A stretch of DNA of 63,507 bases, filler included, from Candidatus Woesearchaeota archaeon (lineage in GTDB: Archaea; Nanobdellota; Nanobdellia; Woesearchaeales; WJIZ01): NCBI GenBank assembly GCA_018221205.1. It is 7 parts of 7 records of this genome, joined end to end, with 100 filler letters (N's around TTAATTAATTAA, not from the genome) between each part and the next. Parts side by side here need not be neighbours in the genome. Positions count along the whole stretch, not along the records: positions 17,814 to 30,780 come from JAAOYF010000035.1; positions 30,881 to 40,734 come from JAAOYF010000036.1; 5 more parts are not named here. The stretch is one strand, 5' to 3'. Each line of letters opens with the position of its first letter. The first letter of the stretch is position 1. The notes below the pieces were generated by a model. The model saw only the letters and a program-made list of their open reading frames with translations. It was not told the DNA's origin and did no database searches. Shown in pieces: positions 29,346-39,540 of the stretch. A program made the translations under genes and the position numbers.

Positions 29346-29776
29346 GCCTGATCCTCAATAGAAATGTCATATTTCTCTGAGATGATCTTCTTCAATGTAG
29401 GGAGATGCTGCATGCCCACTTTTTCTGCTATCGCCGCGGCAAAGTACTCTGCCAGATAGGGGTTTCCGTGGCCCTCCAGGATCTCTCCTATGCATTCCCC
29501 GCATGGATGCACTCCATCCATAATATCGCTCAAACAATCGCATACTGCGCCTTCTCCATGGCCAGGGGTTTTCTCAATGCAATAAGTGCATGCATCGGTT
29601 AGGCAGCAGCGGTATTTGTGCATCGGTCTCTGCTCTTCCTGGATGACATTCTTCAATTCTATGAAATGATCCCTCTTATGATCCATATCCATGCCGATAT
29701 GGGTATTGCTGAAGACCATCGTTGCTAAGATAATCACTACTATCACATTTGCTCCGATCCATATTGATTTCATCAT
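29342..29776 (-). CDS. Membrane-anchored Cys-rich protein
   Basis: YRCCLTDACTYC, CDC, PCGEC. Confidence 0.7.
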   Translation of the reverse strand: MMKSIWIGANVIVVIILATMVFSNTHIGMDMDHKRDHFIELKNVIQEEQRPMHKYRCCLTDACTYCIEKTPGHGEGAVCDCLSDIMDGVHPCGECIGEILEGHGNPYLAEYFAAAIAEKVGMQHLPTLKKIISEKYDISIEDQA

Positions 29777-30225
29777 ATCACCTTGAATTCTGATCCGTCT
29801 GATAATGAATAGATCACATAGGGCCCTCTTTTTGTTCCGGGCATACCTGGAGTTCCGGCAGGCATATTTGGCAGGGCAATTCCACTGATATCGGGCTTGT
29901 CCTGGAGAAGCTCTTGAACAGCCTCTATAGGCACATGGCCTTCCACGACATAATCACCGATGATAGAGGTATGGCAACTTTCCATGTTTGAGGGAATGCC
30001 ATATTTCTGCTTTATCGAGGACATGTCTGGGGTGTTGATTGTCTTTACCTTGAAGCCGTTCTTTTCGAGTTCGGTCGCATAACCGACACAACAGCCGCAT
30101 GTGGGAGACTTGAAGACAGTCACTTCCTGCCCTTTTCCGATATCGTTCACTACATTGGTCTGATTTGGTGTGCAGGCAGCAATCACAAAGATGGCTGCTA
30201 ATAGTAAGATGATTATTCTTTTCAT
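29773..30225 (-). CDS. DUF411 (CopG-like) metal-binding lipoprotein
   Basis: KSPTCGCC, SCHT, EGHVP, MPAGTPGM. Confidence 0.9.
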   Translation of the reverse strand: MKRIIILLLAAIFVIAACTPNQTNVVNDIGKGQEVTVFKSPTCGCCVGYATELEKNGFKVKTINTPDMSSIKQKYGIPSNMESCHTSIIGDYVVEGHVPIEAVQELLQDKPDISGIALPNMPAGTPGMPGTKRGPYVIYSLSDGSEFKVI

Positions 30226-30620
30226 TGTTTCACCTGTTCAAATGGCAATCCTGCGGATCTCCATGCGTTTGCTCCTCCAAGAAGATTGTAGACTTTCTTA
30301 TAGCCCATCTCTTTGAGGGTCTGTGATGCTTCAGCACTCATGCTGCCGCTTCTGCAGTAGATGGCAATCGGAGTGTCTTTGCTCGGCAGCTTATCCTTGA
30401 ACTGCTCTAAAGCGTCAAAAGGAATAAGTGCGTCAGTCCCTTTGATATGCTGCTGCTCTGGAATATGAGTGTCAAGGACAAACACTTCCTCTTGTGCTAT
30501 CACTTGCGCAAAGTCTCCTGGATTGAGATTGATAGTGGCTGCCTCAACACTACAACCGATAAATAAAAGGGGGATGAGCCAAAAGATGCGAGGTAGGCCC
30601 ATCCAAGAAAAGAATGTCAT
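30222..30620 (-). CDS. Rhodanese-like protein
   Basis: HIKG, YCRSG, NLLGGANAW. Confidence 0.88.
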   Translation of the reverse strand: MTFFSWMGLPRIFWLIPLLFIGCSVEAATINLNPGDFAQVIAQEEVFVLDTHIPEQQHIKGTDALIPFDALEQFKDKLPSKDTPIAIYCRSGSMSAEASQTLKEMGYKKVYNLLGGANAWRSAGLPFEQVKQ

Positions 30621-30621
30621 G

Positions 30622-30780
30622 TCAGCAGCCTCCGACCATGGTGGGTGCTTTTAGCGGCGCTTGAGCCTGAAAAGTCTTCTGAGGAGAGGCATAGGCAACA
30701 CTGCCTTCACTTATCTTGTCTTTTAATGAGTTAATCTGTACTGCTTGGACAAGGGAAAAAGACAACAGAACAATGATGAT
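30622..30780 (-). CDS. Partial small protein ending MVGGC
   Basis: Frame open from the gap: IIIVLLSFSLVQAVQI...APTMVGGC*. Confidence 0.6.
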   Translation of the reverse strand: MIIVLLSFSLVQAVQINSLKDKISEGSVAYASPQKTFQAQAPLKAPTMVGGC

Positions 30781-30880
30781 NNNNNNNNNNNNNNNNNNNN
30801 NNNNNNNNNNNNNNNNNNNNNNNNTTAATTAATTAANNNNNNNNNNNNNNNNNNNNNNNNNNNNNNNNNNNNNNNNNNNN
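30781..30880. other. Artificial contig linker
   Basis: N/TTAATTAATTAA/N. Confidence 0.99.
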
Positions 30881-31272
30881 ACCGCAATAATACTGCACAT
30901 CTTTCTCACTTCAATCCCATTTTCTGTTAATTTCTTCTCAAATTTTGCATTCTCAGCACCTGGATTGATATAAAGAAACTGCGGTTTTTTCTCGATGATC
31001 TCATCGACGATGCCCATGCTTTTCGCAGGAGGCAGATAGATGGACATGAAATCGACCTTTTCAGTGATATCTTTCACACTTTTGAAACAAGCCAATCCTT
31101 CTATTGTTTTTACCTTAGGATTCACCGGAAAGACAGTGAAGCCCTGCTCTTTGTACGCCCTAACAGCTTTGTTCCCGAATTTATCTCTGTCTTTGGAAGC
31201 TCCGATGATGGCGACAGTGTTCAATTTGCCTTGAGGGATCTGTTCTTCCTTATGCTCTTTTCCCGTTTTCAT
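30881..31272 (-). CDS. CoA-binding protein (3' truncated by gap)
   Basis: VAIIGASKDRDKFGN, PVNP, NPGAE. Confidence 0.88.
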
Positions 31273-32189
31273 ACTTCTTCCATAAGAGATTTCACATGCT
31301 TCACATTCTCATCAAAAGCTTTTTTCTCAGAATCAGTCAGTTTCAATTCAATGACTTGTTCAACACCATCCTTGCCCAATTTAGCAGGGACACCGATAAA
31401 CACTCCTTTCGCTCCATACTCCCCGTCTAGATAGGCAGCACAAGGCAATATTTTCTTCTTGTCTTTGACAATGGCTTCCATCATCTCGCAGATTGAAGCA
31501 GCAGGCGCATAGTATGCAGACCCTGTCTTAAGATGATTGACGATCTCTATGCCGCCTTTTCTTGTCCTATCAACAATGTTGTCTAACTTTGCTTTTGATA
31601 TGAATTGTTCAAGAGGAACACCGGCGATGTTTGAATAGCGAGTTAAAGGGATCATCTGGTCGCCATGCCCGCCTAAGACGAAAGTATGCACATTCTCCAC
31701 ACTTACCTTAGCTTCTTCAGCAATAAAGCTCGCAAATCGTGTAGAATCCAACACTCCAGCCATCCCCATTATTCTATTCTTGGCCCAGCCAACTTTAGAT
31801 GCCACATACACCATCGCATCTAAAGGATTAGAGACAACGATCACGATAGCCTGAGGTGCAGCTTTCTTCACTTGCTCACTGACTGAAGAAACAATCTTCG
31901 TATTTGTTTTCAAAAGATCATCTCTGCTCATGCCTGGTTTTCTGGCAACACCAGCAGTAATAACAACGATATCAGAATCCTTGACATCATCATAAGAGTT
32001 AGTCCCTTTTACTGAGACACTCGCACCCAAAACAGGAGTGCTTTCAGAAATATCTAATCCTTTGCCTTGCGGAATGCCTTCGACAATATCAACAAGAACA
32101 ACATCTCCCAGTCCTTTCGAAGCAGCTAAATAAGCAGTCGTGCTGCCGACCATTCCTGCTCCTATGATGCTAATCTTGTGTTTTCTCAT
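31269..32189 (-). CDS. mdh: Malate dehydrogenase (LDH-like)
   Basis: IIGAGMVG, ITAGVARKPGMSRDDLL, VLDSTRF, GGHGD, SAYYAPA. Confidence 0.95.
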   Translation of the reverse strand: MRKHKISIIGAGMVGSTTAYLAASKGLGDVVLVDIVEGIPQGKGLDISESTPVLGASVSVKGTNSYDDVKDSDIVVITAGVARKPGMSRDDLLKTNTKIVSSVSEQVKKAAPQAIVIVVSNPLDAMVYVASKVGWAKNRIMGMAGVLDSTRFASFIAEEAKVSVENVHTFVLGGHGDQMIPLTRYSNIAGVPLEQFISKAKLDNIVDRTRKGGIEIVNHLKTGSAYYAPAASICEMMEAIVKDKKKILPCAAYLDGEYGAKGVFIGVPAKLGKDGVEQVIELKLTDSEKKAFDENVKHVKSLMEEV

Positions 32190-32220
32190 AATGACCCCTC
32201 AAAGAAATAAAAGAATAACT

Positions 32221-32928
32221 TTACTTATAAGATTTATCTTTAAGCATCCACCATTTCCCTAAATACATCAAGGGAGTATCTGCCGCAGCCATCACGACCT
32301 TCAGTATCCACCACGGAATAAGCAACGTGACGACATAGACAGCACTGAATTGCGGAGAAGTATTGTAGGAAGCCAGGAAAGGCATGATACTGATGATAGA
32401 AGAAGGGATGTGCCATAAGGCGATGAACATGAACAGCACAGAATCGATGAGCTGGCTCACGATGGTAGAAAGATTGTTGCGAAGCCATAGGAATTTTCCT
32501 TGCGTGACTTTTTTCCAATAATGGAATGCCCACACATCATGCATCTGCGCAAAGAAGAAAGCAGTGACCGAAGCGATCAGGAACCGTAATGAGATGCCGA
32601 AGATCTTGGCGAATTCTCCATGAGTTATGTAACTTCGTGCAGCAGTAGGCAGATGTATCGAGATAAAGGTCATGAATATCACAAAGAGCATAGAGAGAAG
32701 GCCGATATACACCACTTGTTTTGCTTTTTTCTTGCCCATCACCTCTCCGATGATATCAGTCACCAAAAAAGTGATCGGAAAAGCCAGTATGCCGACAGAG
32801 AAGTCGATGATTCCAAGACGAGCTATCTTACCTCCGAGAAGATTAGCAGCGATCAATCCTGCTACGAATAATCCTGTCAGGATATTTGCCTTGAACAGCA
32901 TCTGTTGCGTGATTTTTGCTTTTGCCAA
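32221..32928 (-). CDS. Queuosine/archaeosine precursor transporter (YhhQ/VUT family)
   Basis: FPITFLVTDIIGEV, LWLRNNLSTIVSQLIDS, ADTP. Confidence 0.9.
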   Translation of the reverse strand: MAKAKITQQMLFKANILTGLFVAGLIAANLLGGKIARLGIIDFSVGILAFPITFLVTDIIGEVMGKKKAKQVVYIGLLSMLFVIFMTFISIHLPTAARSYITHGEFAKIFGISLRFLIASVTAFFFAQMHDVWAFHYWKKVTQGKFLWLRNNLSTIVSQLIDSVLFMFIALWHIPSSIISIMPFLASYNTSPQFSAVYVVTLLIPWWILKVVMAAADTPLMYLGKWWMLKDKSYK

Positions 32929-32964
32929 CCCCCTCTTGGACTAAGTGCTGTTTTATAAGGTTTT

Positions 32965-33543
32965 CTACAGCTTTGTCAAGAGGATTCTATTGTAGCCGTT
33001 GTACACAAGCAGCAATAATCCGGCCAAAGCAGAGAAAGCAGCAGGATACACCAGATTGATGAGAAAGTACAGCACAATAAGGCCCACAAGCTCTACTCCT
33101 AGGATGCCCAAGAGCTTGCCGGTATGTTTTCTGAGCTTGAGTTTCTTGTTTTTCACGATATTCAATTGCCAGACGTGAAGGGTGACATAGCCCATAAGGG
33201 TAAGCACCAATAAGAAGGCAGCTGCATAATATTTCTGATAGCCTAGACTGACGACGTTCACGATGAAGGCGCTCCCTAAGTAAAGCACGATGCTGAATGC
33301 TGCGATGAAGATCAGGGTGAAGGCGATATATTTCCGTAGATGCTTCACCTTTCCGAGGAGCACACCCCAGACCTGATATTTCATATACGTATAGAACCCG
33401 ACGAGGATCAGGAAAAGCATCGCCAATGCAAAACCCTGCGGCAGGGCCAACTGCGCAAAATAAGTTCCTGCGAGATAGATGACAACAAAGAAGATCAGGT
33501 CATAACCAAGGCTTTTGAGCAGTTTCTTATACATGGCTAACAC
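32965..33543 (-). CDS. Integral membrane protein
   Basis: About six hydrophobic helices. Confidence 0.7.
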   Translation of the reverse strand: MLAMYKKLLKSLGYDLIFFVVIYLAGTYFAQLALPQGFALAMLFLILVGFYTYMKYQVWGVLLGKVKHLRKYIAFTLIFIAAFSIVLYLGSAFIVNVVSLGYQKYYAAAFLLVLTLMGYVTLHVWQLNIVKNKKLKLRKHTGKLLGILGVELVGLIVLYFLINLVYPAAFSALAGLLLLVYNGYNRILLTKL

Positions 33544-34258
33544 CTCTTGCTACCAATCGGATATAGATCATCGCTGATGGAATGATTATGATGCCGGTGA
33601 TGATGAATAAAGGATAAGAGAGGCTGATCAATGATCCTATCAGGATATAGGCGATGATGAATCCGATCATCGCCACCAATAATGGCCATCCTTTCAGCAC
33701 CAGAGAAAAGCTCTTCCTGATGGCTTTTTTCTCGATAGCATAGGACAGGAAAGCGAAGTAGAGGATGATGAACAAGAGGATATGTGCAATCCACCCTAGA
33801 GGAAAGGCATTTGGCTCGAATCTCTGATTCAGTTGATCGACATACGTGAAAAGAAAGCTTATCGCAACATAGACCAAGAACAATATCATCCAGAAGATAT
33901 TCAGTTTGAAGAATCTCTTGATGGCCGAATAATCTTTCTTCTTCCCTAGCTGAAGGCAGTATGCCCAAAGATAGCCATGGATAGAAGAATACAGGATATA
34001 GGTGAAGATGACCGCGATGCTGATCAACAGCACCATACTCTTGAACTCCGGCATCGTCGTCAAGGTGAATTCGCTCAGTTCAGTGGCTGCAGTGATGAAC
34101 CGGTCTCCGATCTGCAATAGATTATTGTAGATGCCGTCTCTCAACGGCAGGACAAAGAACCCGAACACGATGAAGAATCCAAGATCGACGATTGCAGGAA
34201 GAAACAACCCTTTTGCATTCTTCCTCATCTCTTGAAATGCGTCATAAAAGATCCCCAT
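33527..34258 (-). CDS. Integral membrane protein
   Basis: About six hydrophobic helices. Confidence 0.7.
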   Translation of the reverse strand: MGIFYDAFQEMRKNAKGLFLPAIVDLGFFIVFGFFVLPLRDGIYNNLLQIGDRFITAATELSEFTLTTMPEFKSMVLLISIAVIFTYILYSSIHGYLWAYCLQLGKKKDYSAIKRFFKLNIFWMILFLVYVAISFLFTYVDQLNQRFEPNAFPLGWIAHILLFIILYFAFLSYAIEKKAIRKSFSLVLKGWPLLVAMIGFIIAYILIGSLISLSYPLFIITGIIIIPSAMIYIRLVARGVSHV

Positions 34259-34283
34259 ATGATTTTAGCTAAGCAAGAATTAT

Positions 34284-34631
34284 TTAAATCTTCCCTACAA
34301 GATGTCTCAAGATGACCAGTTCTGTCTGGACCCTGTCCTTGGCATGTTCCAATGCCTCTGCTAATTTCTCATCTCTGAAGACATGTCGTACCCAGTTGGC
34401 AAAATCATTCCGTGCATCATTCACATGGTGCCAGAACACATCATCCCCGATCTCCTTCATCGCATATGCTAATCCCCTTATGTCTTTGAGGATCTTGCCG
34501 TCAGCAAGCACAAACACCTTATGCTGAGGGGCTTGTTTGAGAAAGTTATTGGGCTTTGGAGGGTTTACTGTCTTCTTTACTGCTTTTTTCTTAGGGGCGA
34601 TCGCTTTTTTAGCAGCCTTTTTCTTTGCCAT
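34284..34631 (-). CDS. DUF5752-like protein with Lys/Ala-rich N-terminus
   Basis: FVLADG...HHVNDARNDFANWV. Confidence 0.7.
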   Translation of the reverse strand: MAKKKAAKKAIAPKKKAVKKTVNPPKPNNFLKQAPQHKVFVLADGKILKDIRGLAYAMKEIGDDVFWHHVNDARNDFANWVRHVFRDEKLAEALEHAKDRVQTELVILRHLVGKI

Positions 34632-34725
34632 AATAGATTTAGCAGTCACCACCCTATTTAAAGTATTAGTCCCACTTTAAAGTGGTGTGGCAATTCTTTT
34701 ATACATTCCTGCTTCTTTGTTCTCT

Positions 34726-35664
34726 ATGGAGCTGAGGAAAGATTACTTTCTGGATAGATGGGTGATTATCGCCACAGAAAGAGGAAAGCGTCCTAAGCAG
34801 TTCCATTCCTCGACTGAACATGGCATGGGTGCCTGTTTCTTCTGTCCTGGAAACGAACACACCACCCCCCCAGAGATAGGTCGTGTTCCAGAAGGGAATT
34901 CCTGGAAATTACGATGGTTCCCTAACAAATTTCCAGCTGTCACCGGAGAAGGCAATCCTAAGATAGAGACCCATGATAAGTATTTTTCTTTCGGCCCTTC
35001 TTTCGGCTATCATGAAGTCATCGCTGAAACACCTGATCATACAAAGCAGTTGTGGGACCTTCCGAAAGGAGATATCCTCACCTTATTGAAGATCTATAAG
35101 CATAGGATAGAAGAGCTGCAGAAACAGCCGAATATCAATTACGTGGTTGTCTTCAAGAACCACGGCGGAGAGGCCGGCACGTCTCTGGTGCATTCTCACA
35201 CGCAGATAGCTGCTCAATCGAAACTGCCGAATATTGTCAAGGAGAAATCAGCTCATTGCCGATCCCATTGTCCGTACTGCGATATCCTGAATATCGAGAA
35301 GAACTCAGAGAGAAGGTGCTTTGAGAATGAATCTTTTGTCGCCTTCACTCCTTATGCTTCCCGATTCGGTATGGAGATCTGGATCATGCCAAAGAGACAT
35401 GCGACCAGCATAACTGATTTTACCGATGAAGAGCTCCAAGATTGGGCAGAGATCATGAAGCAGACTCTAGAGAAGCTCAAGGCTTTGAATGCTCCCTTCA
35501 ATTATTATCTCCATTACACTCCAGAAGGAGAGAACCTTCATTTCCATATGGAGATAACTCCTCGGATGGCAAAGTGGGCAGGCTATGAGTTTGCAACCGA
35601 GATAATCATAAATTCGATCACACCAGAGAATGCTGCAGCGTTTTATAGAGGTGAATCAAAATAG
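34726..35664 (+). CDS. galT: Galactose-1-phosphate uridylyltransferase
   Basis: MELRKD, CFFCPGNE, NKFPA, AGTSLVHSHTQ. Confidence 0.9.
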   Translation: MELRKDYFLDRWVIIATERGKRPKQFHSSTEHGMGACFFCPGNEHTTPPEIGRVPEGNSWKLRWFPNKFPAVTGEGNPKIETHDKYFSFGPSFGYHEVIAETPDHTKQLWDLPKGDILTLLKIYKHRIEELQKQPNINYVVVFKNHGGEAGTSLVHSHTQIAAQSKLPNIVKEKSAHCRSHCPYCDILNIEKNSERRCFENESFVAFTPYASRFGMEIWIMPKRHATSITDFTDEELQDWAEIMKQTLEKLKALNAPFNYYLHYTPEGENLHFHMEITPRMAKWAGYEFATEIIINSITPENAAAFYRGESK

Positions 35665-35760
35665 AAGACTGCAAATTGTGCCAGGGTAATTTCCAGGATA
35701 GTCCAGATGATCTCTGCCATTGCGATCATCATGGCGGCTTTGTCCATCTAGGCTGCTGTA

Positions 35761-36786
35761 TCAACGTCTGTTCGGCTGATAAGAAGCCTTGCGGCCATTG
35801 TAAGGCTGTGTATGAGAAGTTGTAAGCACTTTCGGCAGCGGACGGAAGACATGTTCTTTGTAGGCGACAAAAGTAGCATATCTCCGTATGGTCGAAGAGA
35901 ACTCTTTCTTGATATCTTTGATCGTGGTGTGGAATTCTTTTGGTGTAGAGGCAATGACATAGACGAGAAGGTCCCAATTTCCCAAGGTCTTTACAGCCTT
36001 GATGATCTGAGGATGCTGCCTGACGAACATCCTGAATCTGCTCTGGTCTTTCTTATCGAACACTTTCATCCGCAACGCAAACGTATACCAGGTATAGCCT
36101 AACTTTAAAAAATCCAGTACAACAGTATATCGATAGATGATCCCCGAGTTGAACATCTTTTTCATTCTCAGCCCTATGGCATCTGCTGACAATTTGATTT
36201 TTTTGGCTATGGAGTAAGTGGATACTCTGCAATCGTCAGAAAGGACGTTCAAGATGGCATAATCCAGCTTATCCATCCGATAGTTGCCTGTTCGCTTCTT
36301 TTCAGTTATCTCCTGATGCTGGAAAGGCAATACTACACTTGGATATTTTGCCACGACCAATAGTTTATTCCTGTCCATGATTATTTTCGGGAATTGTGCC
36401 ATGATGCTCAATCTGATATCATCGAACTCCTGCACACTTCTGGCAGCGATAGTCCATTCCAGGTCCCATTGATCAGAATATTCTCTCAGGTTTACGGTAG
36501 CTGGATGTTTTTTGAGGGCAGAGACCAATTCATCATGCCGCGGGCTGCTTTCATCCAATAATAAGAAGACATGGTATTTGCTCATGCCAAAAGGATGAAA
36601 GTCTATCTGCGGTGTGAATTTTACGATCACTCCCTTATCATATAATCGTTTTACCCTATAGCTGACACTATCTCTTGACAACCTGATCTTTTTTGCGATC
36701 TTGCTGAGCGGCATCCGCGAATTCTCTGCCAAGAGGCTGAGAATCTTCTTATCTTTCACGTCAACCTTTATCTGTTTCTTGTTCAT
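35761..36786 (-). CDS. Tandem (double) Lrp/AsnC regulator
   Basis: Two HTH plus RAM units. Confidence 0.88.
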   Translation of the reverse strand: MNKKQIKVDVKDKKILSLLAENSRMPLSKIAKKIRLSRDSVSYRVKRLYDKGVIVKFTPQIDFHPFGMSKYHVFLLLDESSPRHDELVSALKKHPATVNLREYSDQWDLEWTIAARSVQEFDDIRLSIMAQFPKIIMDRNKLLVVAKYPSVVLPFQHQEITEKKRTGNYRMDKLDYAILNVLSDDCRVSTYSIAKKIKLSADAIGLRMKKMFNSGIIYRYTVVLDFLKLGYTWYTFALRMKVFDKKDQSRFRMFVRQHPQIIKAVKTLGNWDLLVYVIASTPKEFHTTIKDIKKEFSSTIRRYATFVAYKEHVFRPLPKVLTTSHTQPYNGRKASYQPNRR

Positions 36787-36895
36787 TATAGCTTATCTGC
36801 TGACAATAATATATAAATTTTTCGGCAAATAAGTAATTTTAGCTAAGATATTTCTTATATGCAGAAATCAATCTCTTTTTAGGGAGGTAAAGAAA

Positions 36896-37246
36896 ATGAT
36901 AGCTGCACAACCACCAAAACCGTATTGGTTAGACAGGCACGATGTAGACTTTGTCTTTCGAGAGTATGACTCATTCAGGGTAGCCTTTAATGCAGAGGAC
37001 AAGCTCGTAGAGAAGAAATACTATGAGAATGGAAGTGAAGTGTCCATGTACAAATCAAGGCCCCCACCACATATTGTCGAGAGGCATAAGTTCAAGAAAT
37101 TAGGAGAAGGAAAGAATGTCAAAGTCTTCTTTGATCTGAAGCCAGGCTCACAAGGCTTTGCAGAGATACTGCATTACGAAGGAGGCAGATTCCACTATGT
37201 AGAGATACATCTGCCTTCAGACCACATCGTGATGCAATTGCTTTGA
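36896..37246 (+). CDS. Hypothetical protein
   Basis: GGAGGT SD; divergent from the Lrp gene. Confidence 0.65.
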   Translation: MIAAQPPKPYWLDRHDVDFVFREYDSFRVAFNAEDKLVEKKYYENGSEVSMYKSRPPPHIVERHKFKKLGEGKNVKVFFDLKPGSQGFAEILHYEGGRFHYVEIHLPSDHIVMQLL

Positions 37247-37361
37247 TTTTTTTATCTTAGCAATAAATTCGAAACATTTCCGGATTGTAAGTAATCACCC
37301 ATACTAATAATGCTGTTTTACCAAAAAATTAATATAGTACTATGCAATACTATGTATTACA

Positions 37362-37637
37362 ATGGAAACAGTATCGCTTAGACTCGAAAAAGGCTTCATA
37401 GCAGCTATGGAGAAAGTCATGAAAGGGCATAGATATGCGACCAGAACCGAGTTCATAAGAGAAGCAGTAAGAGAGAAGATCAAAGATTTGGAGAAGCAGG
37501 AAGCGCTTTTCCGGCTGGAAAAAGCCTATGGTGCAGGAGCAAAGAAAGGACGAAAAATAACTGATGAGCAGATTCATAAAGCTGGCGAAGAAGCATTTGA
37601 AGAAATTGCAAAGAAATTAGGAGTAAAATTAGATTAA
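37362..37637 (+). CDS. Ribbon-helix-helix (CopG-like) protein, probable antitoxin
   Basis: METVSLRL...TRTEFIREAVREKI. Confidence 0.85.
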   Translation: METVSLRLEKGFIAAMEKVMKGHRYATRTEFIREAVREKIKDLEKQEALFRLEKAYGAGAKKGRKITDEQIHKAGEEAFEEIAKKLGVKLD

Positions 37638-38036
37638 ATCCTCCGGTTTCCTGTAGTGTGTGATATCCTTAAGCTGCTCAAAGTGCCAATCCCTTGACAC
37701 TAGCTGAGCTTCATGATCTCGTGCCAATACAGCATGAAGCGCATCACGTAAAGGAACATTTCTTTGCCTCGCTGATTTTTTTGCTTCTCTGATTTGATTT
37801 CTAGTTGGATGAACTCTCTTAATGTGACCTGGTCTTGCTATGCTAAGGATAGCAGGTATCTCATTTTCTGAGAATGCAAGTTTCTTGAATTCAACAACTA
37901 TTGTATCTGAATAAATGATAGTGCTATCATCCATTATTATTTTTTCCATAAGTTTTTTGGCAACCTCTCCATGATAGCCTCGTTTGTCATAGATATCTAT
38001 CCAGATAGAAGTATCGAAATAATAGATTTCTGCCAT
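37629..38036 (-). CDS. PIN-domain (VapC-like) nuclease
   Basis: YFDTSIWI, VVEF, DALH, VSRDWHF. Confidence 0.88.
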   Translation of the reverse strand: MAEIYYFDTSIWIDIYDKRGYHGEVAKKLMEKIIMDDSTIIYSDTIVVEFKKLAFSENEIPAILSIARPGHIKRVHPTRNQIREAKKSARQRNVPLRDALHAVLARDHEAQLVSRDWHFEQLKDITHYRKPEDLI

Positions 38037-38097
38037 ACCTCAGAAAAAGAATACAGATTAAAATAACCTTAGCAAGAAATCCAGGAAGATTTCCGGA

Positions 38098-39540
38098 TTA
38101 ATTGATAGCTTTAACCTTCTTCTTCAGTCTCTTGAAGTCAAAGCTTCGTCCTTTGGCCAGCCAGATGCATAAAAGTGCTGGAATGATCAAGGCAGCTAAG
38201 AAACTGTATAAGAGATTGCCTGGTATGCTCGGATTGATCAGGCTTCCCAATAGGCTTGTCGCATAGTTTGGATCCGGGAAGAAGACAAATCCTCCTAGTA
38301 ATCCTATGATGCTCGCTATCAATGCAGTATGCCCATCTAATTTAGCCTGGAAGAGTCCATAAAAGACCGGGAAGACTATAGCAACAGTGACTAAATCTGC
38401 TAAAAGGAAAAGGTATAAGACACTGAATCCTTGAGTCGCTATGGTGATGCCGATGATGGCTAAGATCAAGACAACAATCTTTCCAGCATTCAGCAGTTTC
38501 TCGCTTTTCCATCTCGGCTTCATCCGCGCAAAATCAACAGTGAATACACTGATCATCGCATTCAAAGCAGTGTCGATAGAGCTCATCACTAACGCGACAG
38601 CCAATATCATGCCTAATATCAACAGCCACTGAGGCATTGCCAATAGGATCCAGAACAGAGCAGCGCTCGGCTGCTGTGCTGCAGGGCTGCCTAAAGCCCA
38701 TAAGCCAAAAAGTCCTGCGATGAAAACAACCGGCAGAACCAATAATCCTGCCCACCCATATGCTTTCTTCATCACACTCTTGTTTTTCGCTGCAAAAACT
38801 CTCTGCCACCAGCTTTGGTTGAACAGTTCAGCAGAGACAATGGCGATGATCAAGGTTATTCCTAATGCCCAGCCATTGCCGATATTGAATAATTCTGGCG
38901 CTCGTAAAGGCGCGCCCGTTAAGACATTTCCACCGACATACATCAATCCCACAGCTAAGATTGCGAATAACGGCAAGATGAACCAGGTCTGCACTTTATC
39001 AGTGAAGACAGAAGCTTTGAAGCCTCCTAACATCACGTAGAACAATACCCCTACTCCTATGATGACAGCTGAGACTCCTAATGGAATGTCGAAGACAACC
39101 TGCCCGGCTAAACTTATTCCTGTCAGTTCAGCAGTCATGCCCAATCCCATGAAGAGTATCGTGACGATTAACACGAAAAGATACATCCACTTGCCGAATC
39201 TATGCAGGACATATTCAGTCAACGTATGTCCTTTCGGCATTAACGCTCTTATCTTTACTCCTAACCACATGAATATCCATAAGCTTAATGCAGATGCCAA
39301 TGCATAACCGCTCAAAGCGACTATTCCGCTCGTGAGTAATGTCTCTGCAGGTCCGAATAAGAGCCAGGCACCCATGCCTGAAGCAAAGATCGTCGCTATT
39401 GAAGCTCCCACTTTCAAAGAATTCTTTGAAGAGATGAATTGTTCCACACTCCATCTTTTTTGCCTCGCAAACCAGATGCCTAATCCAGCAAAGAAAACAA
39501 CCGTGATGATATAGATTAATAGTCCATATTCCATTTTCAA
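38098..39540 (-). CDS. Sodium:solute symporter
   Basis: ASGMGAW, GGFKASVFTD, WQRVFAA, MSSIDT; multi-TM. Confidence 0.9.
   Translation of the reverse strand: MKMEYGLLIYIITVVFFAGLGIWFARQKRWSVEQFISSKNSLKVGASIATIFASGMGAWLLFGPAETLLTSGIVALSGYALASALSLWIFMWLGVKIRALMPKGHTLTEYVLHRFGKWMYLFVLIVTILFMGLGMTAELTGISLAGQVVFDIPLGVSAVIIGVGVLFYVMLGGFKASVFTDKVQTWFILPLFAILAVGLMYVGGNVLTGAPLRAPELFNIGNGWALGITLIIAIVSAELFNQSWWQRVFAAKNKSVMKKAYGWAGLLVLPVVFIAGLFGLWALGSPAAQQPSAALFWILLAMPQWLLILGMILAVALVMSSIDTALNAMISVFTVDFARMKPRWKSEKLLNAGKIVVLILAIIGITIATQGFSVLYLFLLADLVTVAIVFPVFYGLFQAKLDGHTALIASIIGLLGGFVFFPDPNYATSLLGSLINPSIPGNLLYSFLAALIIPALLCIWLAKGRSFDFKRLKKKVKAIN

Larger units (their letters stand above)
37256..38099. repeat. 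Imperfect 31/32-bp direct repeat flanking RHH and PIN genes
   Basis: 37256-37286 vs 38068-38099, 27/32 aligned identities. Confidence 0.7.

Noticed and set aside
35644..35800. Short minus-strand frames between galT and the Lrp gene
   Set aside because: Too short, with no recognisable homology.
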